Assembly: GCA_965263055.1 (NCBI GenBank)
Contig: OZ253581.1
Span: forward strand, 1,455,794-1,519,793
Reading direction: 5' to 3'
Origin: Vicinamibacterales bacterium
GTDB taxonomy: Bacteria > Acidobacteriota > Vicinamibacteria > Vicinamibacterales > UBA8438
Length of the DNA stretch: 64,000 nt
Part shown: positions 62,270-64,000 of the stretch, in pieces
How the letters are laid out: each line of letters begins with the position of its first letter
How positions within the stretch are numbered: position 1 is the first letter of the stretch
Notes under the pieces: model-generated
The model's database searches: none
Told to the model about the DNA's origin: nothing
The model's input: the letters and a program-made list of their open reading frames with translations, nothing else
Translations under genes and position numbers: made by a program

Positions 62270-64000
62270 CACCGGTTCGCCCGGGGTGTCTTCCCCACCG
62301 GCTGATTGTCGTCGCCGACGCGGAGCACGGCGAGGAACGCCTCCTGCGGGATCTCGACGCTGCCGACCCGCTTCATCCGCCGCTTTCCTGCCTTCTGTTT
62401 TTCGAGCAGCTTCCGCTTGCGGGAAATGTCGCCGCCGTAACACTTCGCGAGAACGTTCTTCCGGAGCGGGCGGACCGTGTCGCGCGCGATGATGCTGGTA
62501 CCGATCGCGGCCTGAATCGCCACTTCGAACATCTGGCGCGGGATCAGCTTGCGCATCCGGGTGACCAGCGCCCTGCCGCGGGCATAGGCGTTCTCGCGGT
62601 GAACGATGATCGACAGCGCGTCGACCGGATCGCCATTGACGAGCAGGTCCAGCTTAACCAGCGGCGAGATCCAGTACCCGCTCACATGATAGTCGAGCGA
62701 CGCGTAGCCCCTGGAGATCGTCTTCAGACGGTCGTAGAAGTCGAGAACCACGTCGTTGAAGGGTAACTCGTAGGTGATCATGACCCGGTGCGCGGCATGG
62801 TACTCGAGCGCCCGCTGCACGCCCCGCTTCTCCTGACAGAGCTTCAGAATACCCCCCACATGCTCCGCCGGTGTCAGGATCATCGCCGTGATCACCGGCT
62901 CCTCGATCACGTCGATACGCCCCGCGTCAGGCAGCTTGGCGGGAGAATCGATCTCGGCCACCTCTCCGTCGGTGGTGGTCACCCGGTAGAGGACGCCGGG
63001 CGCGGTCGTCACCAGGTCCATGTCGAACTCGCGCTCGAGGCGCTCCTGCACGATCTCCATGTGCAGGAGGCCGAGGAAGCCGCAGCGGAAACCGAAGCCG
63101 AGAGCGGCGGAAGTCTCCGGTTCGAAGAAGAAGGATGCGTCGTTCAGCCGCAGCTTCTCGAGCGCTTCGCGCAGGTCGGCGTACTCGTGGCTCTCCACCG
63201 GGTAGAGGCCGGCGAAGACCATAGGCTTCATCTCGCGGAAACCCGGGAAGGGATCGACGGTAGGGTGCGCCGCCTCGGTCACGGTGTCGCCCACTCGCGC
63301 GTCGGAAACGTTCTTGACGTTGGCGACGATGAAACCCACCTCGCCGACACCGAGTGCGTCGACCTCCTCCGGCTTGGGGGAAAAGACTCCGACCTGCTCG
63401 ACTTCGCAGTCGTGCGCCGCCGCAATGAAGCGGACCTTCATCCCGGAGCGAACCGCGCCATCGACGACGCGCACCAGGATGACGACGCCGCGGTAGGCGT
63501 CGTACCACGAATCGAAGATCAGCGCCTTGAGCGGACCTTCCGGATCGCCGGCCGGCGGCGGCACCTGGCGGACCACCGCCTCGAGGATTTCCTTCGTCCC
63601 GAGCCCCTCCTTCGCGCTCGCGAGGAGCGCCGACGACGGATCGAGGCCGACCAGATCCTCGATCTGCAGCGCCGCTTCGTCCGGCTGGGCGCCCGGCAGG
63701 TCCACCTTGTTGATGACCGGAATGATCTCCAGGTCGTGTTCGACCGCCAGATAGGCGTTCGCGACGGTCTGCGCCTCCACGCCCTGCGCGGCGTCGACCA
63801 GCAGCAGCGCCCCCTCGCACGCGGCGAGCGAGCGGGCCACCTCGTACGAGAAGTCGACGTGACCGGGCGTGTCGATCAGATTGAGGACGTAGGTCTCGCC
63901 GTCTTCCGCGGTATAGCTGAGGCGCACCGCGTGGGCCTTGATCGTGATGCCTCGCTCGCGCTCCAGGTCCATGGAGTCGAGCACCTGCGCTTCCATCTCA
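62269..64000 (-). CDS. lepA: elongation factor 4 (LepA), with the N-terminus beyond the right edge
   Basis: ...[17 protein letters not shown]...[16 protein letters not shown]...INKVDLP...C-terminal LepA domain (...[21 protein letters not shown]). Confidence 0.95.
   Translation of the reverse strand, partial: EMEAQVLDSMDLERERGITIKAHAVRLSYTAEDGETYVLNLIDTPGHVDFSYEVARSLAACEGALLLVDAAQGVEAQTVANAYLAVEHDLEIIPVINKVDLPGAQPDEAALQIEDLVGLDPSSALLASAKEGLGTKEILEAVVRQVPPPAGDPEGPLKALIFDSWYDAYRGVVILVRVVDGAVRSGMKVRFIAAAHDCEVEQVGVFSPKPEEVDALGVGEVGFIVANVKNVSDARVGDTVTEAAHPTVDPFPGFREMKPMVFAGLYPVESHEYADLREALEKLRLNDASFFFEPETSAALGFGFRCGFLGLLHMEIVQERLEREFDMDLVTTAPGVLYRVTTTDGEVAEIDSPAKLPDAGRIDVIEEPVITAMILTPAEHVGGILKLCQEKRGVQRALEYHAAHRVMITYELPFNDVVLDFYDRLKTISRGYASLDYHVSGYWISPLVKLDLLVNGDPVDALSIIVHRENAYARGRALVTRMRKLIPRQMFEVAIQAAIGTSIIARDTVRPLRKNVLAKCYGGDISRKRKLLEKQKAGKRRMKRVGSVEIPQEAFLAVLRVGDDNQPVGKTPRANR

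Overview
This is a 64-kb piece of a high-G+C bacterial chromosome (roughly two-thirds GC by eye). The cell envelope is Gram-negative in type, since LptD, TonB/ExbBD, Lgt/LspA and SecDF are all present. Phylum cannot be assigned from sequence alone. About 90% is coding and almost all of it is housekeeping. Recognisable genes include AddA/AddB-like helicase-nuclease, asparaginase, ileS-lspA-lgt-rluD, prfA-prmC, thiD-moaE-moaD, dksA, rpmB, ridA, rel/spoT and a tonB-exbB-exbD-exbD-TPR operon. Also present are H+-pyrophosphatase, uppP, yajC-secD-secF, tgt, ddl, folC, lptD, htpX, thiC, rpiB-glyA, a dinG-like helicase, yggS and lepA-lepB. RNA genes are tRNA-Ala(GGC) and a tRNA-Sec (selC). I saw no rRNA, no CRISPR array and no prophage or defence island. 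The only mobile DNA is one apparently intact IS630-family element inserted at a TA inside a LonA gene, and that gene also carries three further lesions. I did not find a convincing new multi-gene system. The observations most worth a second look are: (1) a Fur-family regulator fused to a rubrerythrin/ferritin-like di-iron domain, in an operon with an A-type Fe-S carrier, a PHP phosphoesterase and a 4-TM protein; (2) an orphan selC with an orphan fdhE-like gene 3 kb away; (3) many start codons sitting 6-9 nt downstream of a -10-like hexamer, which implies leaderless mRNAs, including divergent gene pairs whose -10 boxes overlap on opposite strands; (4) an intrinsic terminator whose U-tract abuts the rel/spoT start codon; (5) a thiC leader with no THI-box that I can recognise. 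All calls come from reading translations and motifs by eye. No database search was run, and start codons are the least certain part.
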